Positions 37,542-47,586 of a stretch of 64,000 nt of DNA are shown one piece after another (position 1 is the first letter of the stretch; each line of letters begins with the position of its first letter). Source of the stretch: Escherichia phage teqsoen; the sequence record MN895436.1; one strand, 5' to 3'. The notes beneath the pieces are model-generated. The model was not told where the DNA came from and did not search any database. It worked only from the letters and a program-made list of their open reading frames with translations. Made by a program: the position numbers and the translations under genes.

Positions 37542-38636
37542 ATGGCAATTGTTAAAGAAATAACTGCTGATTTAATTAAAAAGTCCGGTGAGAAAATTTC
37601 AGCCGGACAGAGTACTAAATCAGAAGTAGGAACTAAAACATACACAGCCCAGTTTCCAACTGGGCGTGCTAGTGGTAATGACACTACAGGGGACTTCCAG
37701 GTAACAGATCTATATAAGAATGGATTATTATTTACTGCATACAATATGTCATCTAGGGATTCTGGAAGTCTTAGATCGATGAGATCTAACTACTCTTCTT
37801 CATCTTCGAGTATTTTACGTACAGCCAGAAACACTATCAGTAATACAGTATCAAAACTGTCAAATGGATTAATATCAGATAATAATTCAGGAACAATAAG
37901 TAAAGCCCCTGTTGCAAATATTCTTTTACCAAGATCTAAATCCGATGTTGATACATCATCACATAGATTTAATGATGTTCAAGAAAGTCTTATCAGCAGA
38001 GGCGGAGGTACTGCTACTGGTGTGCTAAGTAATATTGCTTCAACTGCAGTATTTGGGGCACTGGAAAGTATAACACAAGGTATAATGGCTGATAATAATG
38101 AACAGATTTATACGACAGCCAGAAGTATGTATGGTGGTGCTGAAAATAGAACTAAAGTGTTTACATGGGATTTGACTCCACGTTCAACAGAAGATTTAAT
38201 GGCTATTATTAATATCTATCAATATTTTAACTATTTTTCTTATGGTGAAACGGGTAAATCTCAATATGCTGCTGAAATAAAGGGGTATTTAGATGATTGG
38301 TATCGTTCTACGTTAATTGAACCTTTATCTCCGGAAGACGCAGCTAAAAATAAAACACTATTTGAGAAAATGACATCGAGTTTAACTAACGTTCTAGTAG
38401 TTTCAAACCCGACAATTTGGATGGTGAAAAACTTTGGTGCAACATCTAAGTTTGATGGAAAAACGGAAATATTTGGCCCATGCCAAATACAAAGCATCAG
38501 ATTTGATAAAACACCTAATGGTAACTTTAACGGATTAGCTATTGCTCCAAACCTCCCTAGTACATTTACTCTTGAGATTACTATGAGAGAAATTATCACG
38601 TTAAACCGTGCTTCTTTATATGCGGGGACTTTTTAA
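37542..38636 (+). CDS. 48: Baseplate tail-tube junction protein gp48
   Basis: 364-aa ORF; size and synteny match T4 gp48. Confidence 0.85.
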   Translation: MAIVKEITADLIKKSGEKISAGQSTKSEVGTKTYTAQFPTGRASGNDTTGDFQVTDLYKNGLLFTAYNMSSRDSGSLRSMRSNYSSSSSSILRTARNTISNTVSKLSNGLISDNNSGTISKAPVANILLPRSKSDVDTSSHRFNDVQESLISRGGGTATGVLSNIASTAVFGALESITQGIMADNNEQIYTTARSMYGGAENRTKVFTWDLTPRSTEDLMAIINIYQYFNYFSYGETGKSQYAAEIKGYLDDWYRSTLIEPLSPEDAAKNKTLFEKMTSSLTNVLVVSNPTIWMVKNFGATSKFDGKTEIFGPCQIQSIRFDKTPNGNFNGLAIAPNLPSTFTLEITMREIITLNRASLYAGTF

Positions 38637-39601
38637 TGTATTCTTTAGAGGAATTTAATAATCAAGCAATAAACGCAGATTTCCAACGTAATAATATGTT
38701 TAGCTGCGTTTTTGCGACAACTCCATCAACTAAAAGCTCTTCGTTGATAAGTTCAATTAGCAACTTTTCTTATAATAACTTGGGCCTAAATTCAGATTGG
38801 TTAGGATTGACTCAAGGTGATATTAATCAGGGAATTACCACGCTAATTACTGCTGGCACACAAAAACTGATAAGAAAATCAGGGGTTAGTAAATATCTTA
38901 TTGGCGCTATGAGTCAACGTACAGTTCAAAGTTTATTAGGCTCATTTACAGTTGGTACATATTTAATTGACTTCTTTAACATGGCATATAACTCATCTGG
39001 ATTGATGATATATTCTGTAAAAATGCCAGAGAATAGATTATCCTATGAAACTGACTGGAACTATAACTCTCCTAATATTCGTATAACTGGAAGAGAATTA
39101 GACCCTTTGGTTATTTCATTTAGAATGGATTCAGAAGCTTGTAACTATCGTGCAATGCAAGACTGGGTTAACGCTGTTCAAGACCCAGTAACTGGATTGC
39201 GTGCTTTACCGCAAGATGTCGAGGCAGATATTCAGGTTAATCTTCATTCTCGTAATGGATTGCCTCATACTGCGGTGATGTTCACTGGATGCATTCCAAT
39301 ATCAGTGAGCGCTCCTGAGTTATCATATGATGGAGATAACCAAATAACTACATTTGACGTTACTTTTGCGTATAGAGTGATGCAGGCTGGAGCAGTTGAT
39401 AGGCAAGCTGCGCTTGAATGGCTTGAATCTGCTGCTATAAATGGTATTCAAAGCGTTCTCGGAAATAGTGGAGGTGTTACTGGACTATCTAATTCGCTTT
39501 CACGACTCAGTAGATTAGGGGGAACTGCAGGAAGCATTTCAAACATTAATACTATGACAGGAATTGTCAATTCGCAAAGTAAAATATTAGGAGCAATATA
39601 A
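38636..39601 (+). CDS. 54: Baseplate tail-tube junction (tube initiator) protein gp54
   Basis: 321-aa ORF with ATGA coupling to gp48. Confidence 0.85.
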   Translation: MYSLEEFNNQAINADFQRNNMFSCVFATTPSTKSSSLISSISNFSYNNLGLNSDWLGLTQGDINQGITTLITAGTQKLIRKSGVSKYLIGAMSQRTVQSLLGSFTVGTYLIDFFNMAYNSSGLMIYSVKMPENRLSYETDWNYNSPNIRITGRELDPLVISFRMDSEACNYRAMQDWVNAVQDPVTGLRALPQDVEADIQVNLHSRNGLPHTAVMFTGCIPISVSAPELSYDGDNQITTFDVTFAYRVMQAGAVDRQAALEWLESAAINGIQSVLGNSGGVTGLSNSLSRLSRLGGTAGSISNINTMTGIVNSQSKILGAI

Positions 39602-39606
39602 CAATG

Positions 39607-39636
39607 GGGACCTTTCGGTCCCCATATTTTTATTTA
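39607..39636 (+). terminator. Intrinsic terminator after gene 54
   Basis: GGGGACC-TTTC-GGTCCCC hairpin followed by ATATTTTTATTT; it overlaps the stop of the convergent minus-strand ORF. Confidence 0.7.
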
Positions 39637-39920
39637 CGGAATGAAATAAAAGCAGCAACTGAAGCAACTAAACTGTCTTCAATATAAACCTCAATTTTTA
39701 CCGGAGCTTCTGACTCAAATTTACCTGTTACTATACCCTGAAAAATACTTTCAGTCTGTTCTGGCTTTGAAAAATTTTCAGAAGGAAAAATTCCGAACTT
39801 TTTATCTGTTCCAAAAATTTTAATAAATTCATCGTAAACTGCTTCATTAAAAGCATTATCAGCAGGAATAACGCCTTCAACTACAAGTTCTTGACCTAAA
39901 AAGCGCAAAGAAGATTTCAT
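39630..39920 (-). CDS. Hypothetical protein (downstream of the alt genes; T4 alt.-3-like position)
   Basis: 96-aa ORF with an ATG start. Confidence 0.55.
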   Translation of the reverse strand: MKSSLRFLGQELVVEGVIPADNAFNEAVYDEFIKIFGTDKKFGIFPSENFSKPEQTESIFQGIVTGKFESEAPVKIEVYIEDSLVASVAAFISFRK

Positions 39921-39980
39921 TTTGTGTTCCTCATGTTATGCCAGTAAGACTACTATAACACAACACGAGGGACTTGTAAA

Positions 39981-42038
39981 CTACATTTTGAACTTTTTAG
40001 ACATTCCGTTGATGTTAACCAAAGAAGCCAAGATTTGAGAAACTTCGTTTTCCTCTTCTTTTGATTCTTCTACAAGGAATTGATTAAATCCAGCCATTGG
40101 ACGAACTTCACCAGTTTCCATTAGATGGTCGCCATCATATACCGATTCCTCTAATTGTTCAGAAGGAGGAACGATTGTACCTTCTATTAGATACTTGTTA
40201 TAAGCAGTTTCTTTCATAAAGTACGTGCTCACTTTATTAATCTTCAGTAAAATTCCACGCGGTAGAATAACTTCAGCTTCTGATGGAAATCCTGATAAAT
40301 GACCTGGAACGATAACTTTGATTCGCTCAGCTCCTTTAATTACCATACCCACGCTAGTTTCAGCATCTTCATTAGCATATGTAGAATGACTACCCATATG
40401 CATCAAATCTTCTGCATCAACGGAACCTTCTCCTTCGCCAGAAAATACTGCGCCGGAATCATCTAGAGCCATATAGTTTTTACCGTGCTCACCGAAAATA
40501 TTTGGTTTAAGCGATGTGGATACGAAGTTCTTGAAATAGAACATTTTGTTTTCAATATTATGACGCAAAGTTTTAAAGGTAACTTCTTGTCCACGGTAAA
40601 GTGTAGTTCCTGGAGGAAGAACTGAACCTTTAGCGAATGCAGAATCCAACGTCTCGATGTGCTTAATAGCACGTTCCATATATTCTTCACGGGTAGAATC
40701 TGGTTTACCCAAAAGGAACGAGTTCATTTCAACATATGAATCAGCACAATAATCTTCAATTACGTCAGATTCAGCCTGAGTTAATCCTTTTGGAGTTACT
40801 TCAGTACTTGCGTATTCATATGCCTGGGCAGCAGATTCATTAATCAATTTATAAATGCCATTCATGACAAATTGAATAATAGCTACCTTTTCATCTGGTG
40901 TGGCTTTAGAACCTTTAACTAAATCATTAATAATTTTCTTAATAACATCAAAGCTATTAGAAATATTAATGTCAGCAAGATCGCTTAAAATTTTATCGGT
41001 TTTATAATCAAAGAATTCTTTATTCTTTAAATATTCTTGAGAACCTTGATATGTTATATCGCTCTGCAGCTTGATAGATGGATCACGTAAACGTGCATGG
41101 GCCAATGCAATATGATTTCGGAAGCTTTCTAGTTCATAATCATTAGATTTAAAACGAGAAGCACTCCTCATACCACCGATAGCTCCTTTGCCGAAGTTTG
41201 AACCAATCTGAATAACGCCAGAGTTCATTGGTCCTTCTGCTTTATATACCGGAACTTTAGATTCAAACTCTTGATATTTCTTAGCGGCGAAGCTATCACC
41301 CTGAAGTGAAGCATCGACAGTAGAATATTGAGCTTGTGCTGCTAATCGACGACTAATTTTAGTTTTCTGAATAACAGCTTGATCCGTGCGCTTATCATTT
41401 TCTAAAGCAATAGAAGCAGCAACAGCAACAGCTTTAGGAACAGCATTACCTGTTTTAACGTCTACATAAACATCACCAACCTTTGATTCAACTTTTGTGA
41501 ATAACTCAGTTGAAATAGGAGGTACACCTGGAATGTCTTCTAAATTGGCATTTTTACGGTAAACCATAATATATGCATATTTCTTATCATAGTCCCAGAT
41601 TTCCTTTAAGAGAACATATCGACCTGCTCCTTTAGTACGTACTAAACGGTCAGCAATAACTTGCATTTGACGAGCTGCGCCATTTGTTTTACTCTTTAGT
41701 ACGCGGAATAGGCATGCGTCGATTTTATACTGTTTCATTGTTTGAAGAGCAGTATCAAAAACGGCATTAATGACACCAATTGGATTTCCACCCAAGTTTT
41801 TAAGCTTAACTAATGATAGTTTCTCATTGACACCTATCATTACGATATGCATCATTTTATCGCCTGGCTTAACGTTTTTATTTGTATCACCACCAGAGGT
41901 GTATGTACAAAATCTAAATCCAGGAAGCACGCTTTCTTCGCCGGCTTGGATAGCAAAAATTTGTGGTATTTTATGCTTAGGATTTAAGTTAACAACCGGC
42001 GCCGAAGCGCCGTCAAATAATTCTGTAATAAGTTCCAT
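39981..42038 (-). CDS. Alt-like ADP-ribosyltransferase paralog (second copy)
   Basis: 685-aa ORF whose N-terminus (MELITELFD...GDKMMHIV) and C-terminal LMETGE region parallel the adjacent Alt; ART-type motifs LYRGQ, FVSTSL and EAEVILPRG. Confidence 0.8.
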   Translation of the reverse strand: MELITELFDGASAPVVNLNPKHKIPQIFAIQAGEESVLPGFRFCTYTSGGDTNKNVKPGDKMMHIVMIGVNEKLSLVKLKNLGGNPIGVINAVFDTALQTMKQYKIDACLFRVLKSKTNGAARQMQVIADRLVRTKGAGRYVLLKEIWDYDKKYAYIMVYRKNANLEDIPGVPPISTELFTKVESKVGDVYVDVKTGNAVPKAVAVAASIALENDKRTDQAVIQKTKISRRLAAQAQYSTVDASLQGDSFAAKKYQEFESKVPVYKAEGPMNSGVIQIGSNFGKGAIGGMRSASRFKSNDYELESFRNHIALAHARLRDPSIKLQSDITYQGSQEYLKNKEFFDYKTDKILSDLADINISNSFDVIKKIINDLVKGSKATPDEKVAIIQFVMNGIYKLINESAAQAYEYASTEVTPKGLTQAESDVIEDYCADSYVEMNSFLLGKPDSTREEYMERAIKHIETLDSAFAKGSVLPPGTTLYRGQEVTFKTLRHNIENKMFYFKNFVSTSLKPNIFGEHGKNYMALDDSGAVFSGEGEGSVDAEDLMHMGSHSTYANEDAETSVGMVIKGAERIKVIVPGHLSGFPSEAEVILPRGILLKINKVSTYFMKETAYNKYLIEGTIVPPSEQLEESVYDGDHLMETGEVRPMAGFNQFLVEESKEEENEVSQILASLVNINGMSKKFKM

Positions 42039-42041
42039 GAT

Positions 42042-44132
42042 TTATCCTTGAACGAACTTGTAAGGCATGTTTGTAATATCTATGCAAGACGCAATAATTC
42101 CAAGAGATGATTCTACTTTCTGTTTAACATTTGATGAAACAAATGATGCAAAGTCAACTCTATCTTCTATATCACCTGTCATTGTAACCAATTCACCAGT
42201 TTCCATTAAATGGTCTCCGTCATAGATTACTGATTCGGTGAGTTCTTCTGTGGTCATAACTTCAGCTTGAATGAGTTTTGTATTATTAGATGTTGTTCCG
42301 TCATTATTAGAAGCATCAGTTATTTTATTAACTTTGACCATCAATCCGCGCGGTAGAATAACTTCAGCTTCTGTTGCTATTCCGAGACTTCCTGGATATA
42401 CAACATTAACTTTATGCGCGCCGTCAATTGCCCATCCTATTTGAACTTTAACGTATTCAGGATTTTCTTTATACGCTCTTATTTCGTTTGGATTAATAGT
42501 TATTCCTTCTTCATTTTTATCAACTGTTAATTCATTACGAGCTTCTGGTTCTAAAAGACCAATACCAGCATGTGTAATTCCAAAACGCCCAAAAATGATA
42601 GGAGTTAAAGAAGTAGATACAAAATTTCTGAAATAGAACACTTTATTTTTAACTAGCGCTTCGTATATAGGAGCAGTCATACTTTGAGCACGATAAACTG
42701 TAATGCCTTCCGGTATGCGGTCACCATTTTCAAAAGCTGAATCTAAATTATTTATAGCAGATTCAATTTCTTTTTCACTCATTACATCATATCGTTCTGG
42801 ATTGTAACGACCTAAAAGAAGATTATTAATGTCTGTATATCCTGAACCACAATATTCTCTAATGCCGCGCTTTTGTGATGGAGTATATTTAGAACCATCA
42901 CGGGCAATAGTAATATCAATCATTGGACCAGCACCAATTCCAGAAAAGCTATAAATCATTCGTTTGAGGAATTTAGTTTTTGCTGCATTCCAGGCATTTT
43001 TAGTTATTTCTTCCCAGACTTCATCTGGCTGCCCTTTACGAGTTTTATTATGTTTATCAAGCCAATTATCTTTATATTCTTCAAAGAGTTGATTAACAGC
43101 TGCTGCGTATTTCTCTAAACATTTTATTGAAGTAGTTGGTTCATTTTTAATCGCATTAAGAATTACATCTTTAATTTTTTCAGAAACTTCATTAACCTCA
43201 CTTTTTGAAAAGAATTTATAGTCATAATGAAGTTCATCTGCAGTTCCTTCAGCAATAATTTTTGCTGCCTTAGTTTTAGAAGCTAATGAATTAATTCCAA
43301 GCTTCATTTCTTCTGCTTCGGGAATTAAAGGAGCGGTAGCAGGTTTATTGAAATTAGCTGCAGTAGATTCATACTTCTGGAATAATTCACTTTCAAATCT
43401 AGAAGACTCTAACGATTGACTTTGCGCAATTGCTCTACGGGAAATTTTAACTTTAACGATTACAGCTTGATCAGAACGTTTATCATTTTCTTGCGCAATA
43501 GATGCTGCAATTGCCTCATTTTTAGTTACTTGGGCTCCAGTATCTTTATTGATATAAACATCACCGACCTTCGATTCAACCTTAGTAAAGAGCTCGGTAC
43601 TAATTTCCGGAACCCCTGGAATGTCTTCTAGTGATACATTTTTGCGATGTATAAGAATATATGCATACTTTTTATCGTAATCCCAGAGTTCCTTAAGAAG
43701 GACGTATCTGCCACCTGAACGACTACGGATAAGTCTATCAGCAATAACTTGAATTTGTCGAGCTTGACCAGCGGTTTTAGACTTAAGAATACGGAGCATA
43801 CAGGCATCAATTTTATACTGACGCATTGTTTGCATTGCAACAGTAAAAACTGAATTGATATAATTAATTGGGCTTGGACCAAGACCTTTCAATTTAGCAA
43901 TTGAACCTTTAGCAGTTAATGTAAAAGGAACAATATGCATCATTTTATCGCCCATCTTTAAATCACGATTAGTATCACCTCCAGATGTATAGGTACATAA
44001 ACGAAAGCCTGGTTGTTCAATTGCATCATCAACGTGAACTGAAAAAATTTGCGGTATTTTCTTCTTTGGATTTAAGTTTGTAATCGGAAGAGTAGTATCT
44101 TCGTCAAATAATTCTGTAATGAGTTCCATCAT
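42042..44132 (-). CDS. alt: Alt ADP-ribosyltransferase (virion-packaged, modifies host RNA polymerase in T4)
   Basis: 696-aa ORF (start may be the second Met) beginning (M)MELITELFDEDTTLPITNL; ART motifs VYRAQ, FVSTSL, EAEVILPRG. From recollection of T4 Alt, this copy is the more likely ortholog. Confidence 0.8.
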   Translation of the reverse strand: MMELITELFDEDTTLPITNLNPKKKIPQIFSVHVDDAIEQPGFRLCTYTSGGDTNRDLKMGDKMMHIVPFTLTAKGSIAKLKGLGPSPINYINSVFTVAMQTMRQYKIDACMLRILKSKTAGQARQIQVIADRLIRSRSGGRYVLLKELWDYDKKYAYILIHRKNVSLEDIPGVPEISTELFTKVESKVGDVYINKDTGAQVTKNEAIAASIAQENDKRSDQAVIVKVKISRRAIAQSQSLESSRFESELFQKYESTAANFNKPATAPLIPEAEEMKLGINSLASKTKAAKIIAEGTADELHYDYKFFSKSEVNEVSEKIKDVILNAIKNEPTTSIKCLEKYAAAVNQLFEEYKDNWLDKHNKTRKGQPDEVWEEITKNAWNAAKTKFLKRMIYSFSGIGAGPMIDITIARDGSKYTPSQKRGIREYCGSGYTDINNLLLGRYNPERYDVMSEKEIESAINNLDSAFENGDRIPEGITVYRAQSMTAPIYEALVKNKVFYFRNFVSTSLTPIIFGRFGITHAGIGLLEPEARNELTVDKNEEGITINPNEIRAYKENPEYVKVQIGWAIDGAHKVNVVYPGSLGIATEAEVILPRGLMVKVNKITDASNNDGTTSNNTKLIQAEVMTTEELTESVIYDGDHLMETGELVTMTGDIEDRVDFASFVSSNVKQKVESSLGIIASCIDITNMPYKFVQG

Positions 44133-44152
44133 ATCCTCTCTAGTGTTTATTC

Positions 44153-44160
44153 TATTTATA
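44153..44160 (-). promoter_or_regulatory. T4-type late promoter (TATAAATA on - strand) for alt
   Basis: + strand TATTTATA about 21 bp upstream of the alt ATG with a GAGAGG RBS; consistent with Alt being packaged in virions. Confidence 0.55.
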
Positions 44161-44165
44161 AAATT

Positions 44166-44183
44166 AAAGGCCCGAAGGCCTTT
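44166..44183 (-). other. GC-rich tetraloop stem-loop between gene 30 cluster and alt
   Basis: AAAGGCC-CGAA-GGCCTTT inverted repeat overlapping the stop of the 62-aa ORF. Confidence 0.45.
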
Positions 44184-44370
44184 AATAATCTATAGGTAAG
44201 AGAGTACGATATATTTCAAACTTTGGACCTTTTTCATAAGCATCAAAAGTTTCTGTGAATTTATTATAAGCATATGCATCTATAAATTCAATCATGATTT
44301 GTGATACAGAAGTAGAAACATCTCCACCTTCTTTTTGAGCCACGACAATTGTTTCTAAGTAAGCTTTCAT
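44182..44370 (-). CDS. Hypothetical small protein
   Basis: 62-aa ORF coupled by ATGA overlap to the DNA ligase gene. Confidence 0.55.
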   Translation of the reverse strand: MKAYLETIVVAQKEGGDVSTSVSQIMIEFIDAYAYNKFTETFDAYEKGPKFEIYRTLLPIDY

Positions 44371-45830
44371 AAACCAGTTACCTCATGAAAATCACCAAAT
44401 ACATCCTCGAATGTATTAGCTTTAGTTTTATCTTCACGCAAACGAATCGCAATTGGAAGAAATAATTTAACGTAATCAGTGCGGCCATCGGATTTTAACC
44501 AACCGTTGCATTCGCACTCTAGAATTTTTCCAATATAATAATTTTGGTTTTCCATAATGCGAGTACGGTCAAGTTCATGTGATTTTACGCCGGCTTTATC
44601 TTTTAAGCCTGAACCGGCATTTACCTTAATTTTTCCACACTCTGACTCAAGAATAAATCCACCTGCTTTAGTAGGGTCTTTACGGTGAGGATAAATTCCT
44701 ACAATTTTTAAATCAACATCAATTACTTCTTTAAATTTATAGAGATTTTTTGAACGAGCATTTTCCCATAATCCATCGATATTTTTGAGAATAATACCTT
44801 CAAGACCTTGGTCAATATACTTTTTATAAATTACCTTAGCTTCATCTAGGTTATTTACTACTTGGTTTTCAATTAAAATTACTTTATCATAGCCTGATGT
44901 CATTTGTTCTAATTTAGAAAAACGTACATCATATTTTAAACGAAATGCTGGAAGACCGTATATTTCTACCAACGGAACATAATCCCAGACCTGAAACTTC
45001 ATGCATTGAGCTTCTTTTTCTGAAATAGTTCCCTTTAAAGATTTATTAGCGATTCCATTAGAAGTAGTACGTGATTCAGCTACTTCAGCAAACTCTTTAG
45101 CTTTACTAATTTCAGGATAAGCATCAAAAAGAAAATCTAGGCCTTCTGGCTCCTTTTTAACTTGCTCATGGTATACCAATTCGCCATCAATTAACACACC
45201 TCCTGGATGAATCTGGCGGGCTTCAGCGGTCATTTTGATTAACTCTTCCTTAAGAAGATCTAATCCTAGATATTCATTACCAGCTCGTGATAAAAGACGG
45301 ACATCATCTAATTCATCACCTCTAACTTCAGCAAAACACCGAGCTCCATCTGCTTTTAATTGTGCAAAGGCTGGAAATTTGATATTCTTACTAATGCCTT
45401 TTTCATCATAAGAACTTGCGAGCATTTGAGGTTGTTCAGGAATTAAACCTGGCCAAACTTTGTTTGCAATAGATACTGAAGCACCGCATTCAAGGTCTCG
45501 CATCATCACTCGACGCAAAACTTCAACATCATCTTTTTTACCATCGGTGATATATCCAGATAATTCCTCAATTGCCGCATTTCCGGTCAATTTCCGAGTA
45601 GCTAACGTGAATTCAATGAAGTCAAGCATATCGGTAAGAGTCAACATTCCAAAACTCTGGGTAGCAATACCAGATTTAGGCCATTTCTTGATATAATACT
45701 GCAACCCACGAGAATAAGTCAGACGATATACTCGTTTAAGCAATTCATTATCTTTATTCTTTTCAAGAATTGCTTGCTTCTGCTTAGTTGAACCAATAGA
45801 TGCTATTTCGTTTAGAATTTTAAGAATCAT
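44367..45830 (-). CDS. 30: ATP-dependent DNA ligase
   Basis: 487-aa ORF (T4 DNA ligase length) beginning MILKILNEIASIGSTKQKQAILEKNK; adenylation-site lysine context KADGAR. Confidence 0.92.
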   Translation of the reverse strand: MILKILNEIASIGSTKQKQAILEKNKDNELLKRVYRLTYSRGLQYYIKKWPKSGIATQSFGMLTLTDMLDFIEFTLATRKLTGNAAIEELSGYITDGKKDDVEVLRRVMMRDLECGASVSIANKVWPGLIPEQPQMLASSYDEKGISKNIKFPAFAQLKADGARCFAEVRGDELDDVRLLSRAGNEYLGLDLLKEELIKMTAEARQIHPGGVLIDGELVYHEQVKKEPEGLDFLFDAYPEISKAKEFAEVAESRTTSNGIANKSLKGTISEKEAQCMKFQVWDYVPLVEIYGLPAFRLKYDVRFSKLEQMTSGYDKVILIENQVVNNLDEAKVIYKKYIDQGLEGIILKNIDGLWENARSKNLYKFKEVIDVDLKIVGIYPHRKDPTKAGGFILESECGKIKVNAGSGLKDKAGVKSHELDRTRIMENQNYYIGKILECECNGWLKSDGRTDYVKLFLPIAIRLREDKTKANTFEDVFGDFHEVTGL

Positions 45831-46096
45831 TGTTCATCCTTTAGAGTTTGGTTTACAGCTCTATTATAAATCAATTCATCATTAAGCTCAGTCAAAGACC
45901 TATGGTACGTGGTTCTAACTTTATTTCCTTGCATCCAGTGTTTGACGTAAATGAAACCTTGCTCTACACATTTTTTAAAAATTCGTTCGTCTTTTTGAGC
46001 TCGGAATTCTGGATTGCATCTAAAAAATTGATTTACGTGACCGTAATCACGTGTAGTATTACCTTCATTTTCATAAATAGTGTGAACAACAAACAT
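45827..46096 (-). CDS. Hypothetical protein (T4 30.1-like)
   Basis: 89-aa ORF with ATGA coupling to gene 30. Confidence 0.6.
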   Translation of the reverse strand: MFVVHTIYENEGNTTRDYGHVNQFFRCNPEFRAQKDERIFKKCVEQGFIYVKHWMQGNKVRTTYHRSLTELNDELIYNRAVNQTLKDEQ

Positions 46097-46932
46097 TAGA
46101 ATGCTCCTTGGAAAATATTATCACCACTAGTAGGTCTATTATACAAATACTCTATGCCACCAGGTTTAATATAGTTCCATGTCTGAAACGGATGTGTCTG
46201 ATATGGATGATATGGATTATAAGGATTAAATCCAGGAGTTCTCCAGGTAGTGTTCCAACGAAAAGAATCATTTTTAATCATCTTTTCAATTACATCTTTT
46301 ATAGCTTTTTCACTATCAAAACTTTCTTTATTTTCCTTTGGTGAAAAAAGCTTATTCTCTACATCGTTCCATGTATAAACTCGCTGAGCGGTTTTTGGAA
46401 TACTGTCACGTTCCCCTCGAGCCATCCAATACACAGGAACACGTAATATTTCACTCGCATGATCGCAGTGGTGAGCGAGATCGTCAATATAACAAATTAC
46501 GTTATATTTCTCTTTTGCCTTTTTGAACAACTCTTCTTTTGAAGAATCATGACCACACATCATTACTTCTGAGAAGGCACCAGGAAAAAGAGCATTCAAA
46601 TTAAATTGACGATTCAGCAGAGCGTCAATAGAATCACCCAATGCTGTAACAGCTACAAAATTATAATCTTCTTTTAATTTGTTAATTACACACAGAGCAT
46701 CTTTATATGGAGACAAGTAACGAATAAAATCTGATCGATTGTATTTTTCAATTAACTTGACGCCAAGTTCTTCATCACAATTAAAAAGTTTACCAGGAGA
46801 AATAAATTTTTCATCTTGGATCATTTTTAAAATATGTTCCAACGGAAGATTATATTTCTGAGCAAAATAAGGAAGGCCTGATTGCCAGCTTAAACATACT
46901 CCATCAATATCAGTTAAAATAGTAGGCTTCAT
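46096..46932 (-). CDS. Hypothetical protein with HAD-phosphatase-like N-terminal motif (T4 30.2-like)
   Basis: 278-aa ORF; the N-terminus ILTDIDGVCLSW resembles HAD superfamily motif I (DxDG). Confidence 0.55.
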   Translation of the reverse strand: MKPTILTDIDGVCLSWQSGLPYFAQKYNLPLEHILKMIQDEKFISPGKLFNCDEELGVKLIEKYNRSDFIRYLSPYKDALCVINKLKEDYNFVAVTALGDSIDALLNRQFNLNALFPGAFSEVMMCGHDSSKEELFKKAKEKYNVICYIDDLAHHCDHASEILRVPVYWMARGERDSIPKTAQRVYTWNDVENKLFSPKENKESFDSEKAIKDVIEKMIKNDSFRWNTTWRTPGFNPYNPYHPYQTHPFQTWNYIKPGGIEYLYNRPTSGDNIFQGAF

Positions 46933-47393
46933 AGAGAGTCTCTTAATAGGTTTAACACATCAATAAATTCAGCTTCGGTTAGTATTGTATCATCTTTTGT
47001 TAGACCACTAGCCATGCTGTGCTTCAAAACTTTTCCTTTCGAGGCTTGTAATGCATCACGAAAGCCCTTGTTTTGAATCGCTGCTTCAAAATATGCATTT
47101 GTGTATAATTCTTTCCACGCCGGGGAGTATCTTGAAAATGGAACTCCAAGCCAGAAGAGGGTCCCACGGTCCTGAGCTCTAGCATAAGACCTTCCAGCTT
47201 GTTGGGCGGCAAGCCCGGATAACCCAAATATACGACGTTGTTGTTCAACATTTTTCACCTTGCATCCTTGGAGGAATCCTTCAAGACCTCCAAATTGAAT
47301 ACCATCCATAACGAAAGGCCAATGGGCGAAATTACTTAATGCACATGATGGCCACCTAAAATTGCTTCTAATCTCTAACTCAGACATTTTCAA
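46929..47393 (-). CDS. NADAR / YbiA-like (DUF1768) domain protein (T4 30.3-like)
   Basis: 154-aa ORF with SNFAHWPF, a motif I recall from E. coli YbiA (FSNFAAWP), at the same spacing from the N-terminus. Confidence 0.55.
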   Translation of the reverse strand: MKMSELEIRSNFRWPSCALSNFAHWPFVMDGIQFGGLEGFLQGCKVKNVEQQRRIFGLSGLAAQQAGRSYARAQDRGTLFWLGVPFSRYSPAWKELYTNAYFEAAIQNKGFRDALQASKGKVLKHSMASGLTKDDTILTEAEFIDVLNLLRDSL

Positions 47394-47586
47394 TGCTTAT
47401 AATTTCAACATCAGCCCAATGACCATAGCAAGGAAGACGAAATTCAACTGGCCAGTTAGGGTCCTTTTCTAATATAATAGACTCAACTCGTGGTTCTTCA
47501 TGTTCATCAGTATATGGATTTTTATCTGTTACTTTATATGTGACCTTAATGTACTGAATTCCAAAAATCTTATTAATTATATTCAT
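47380..47586 (-). CDS. Hypothetical small protein
   Basis: 68-aa ORF in the serial overlapping early-gene array. Confidence 0.5.
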   Translation of the reverse strand: MNIINKIFGIQYIKVTYKVTDKNPYTDEHEEPRVESIILEKDPNWPVEFRLPCYGHWADVEIISIENV

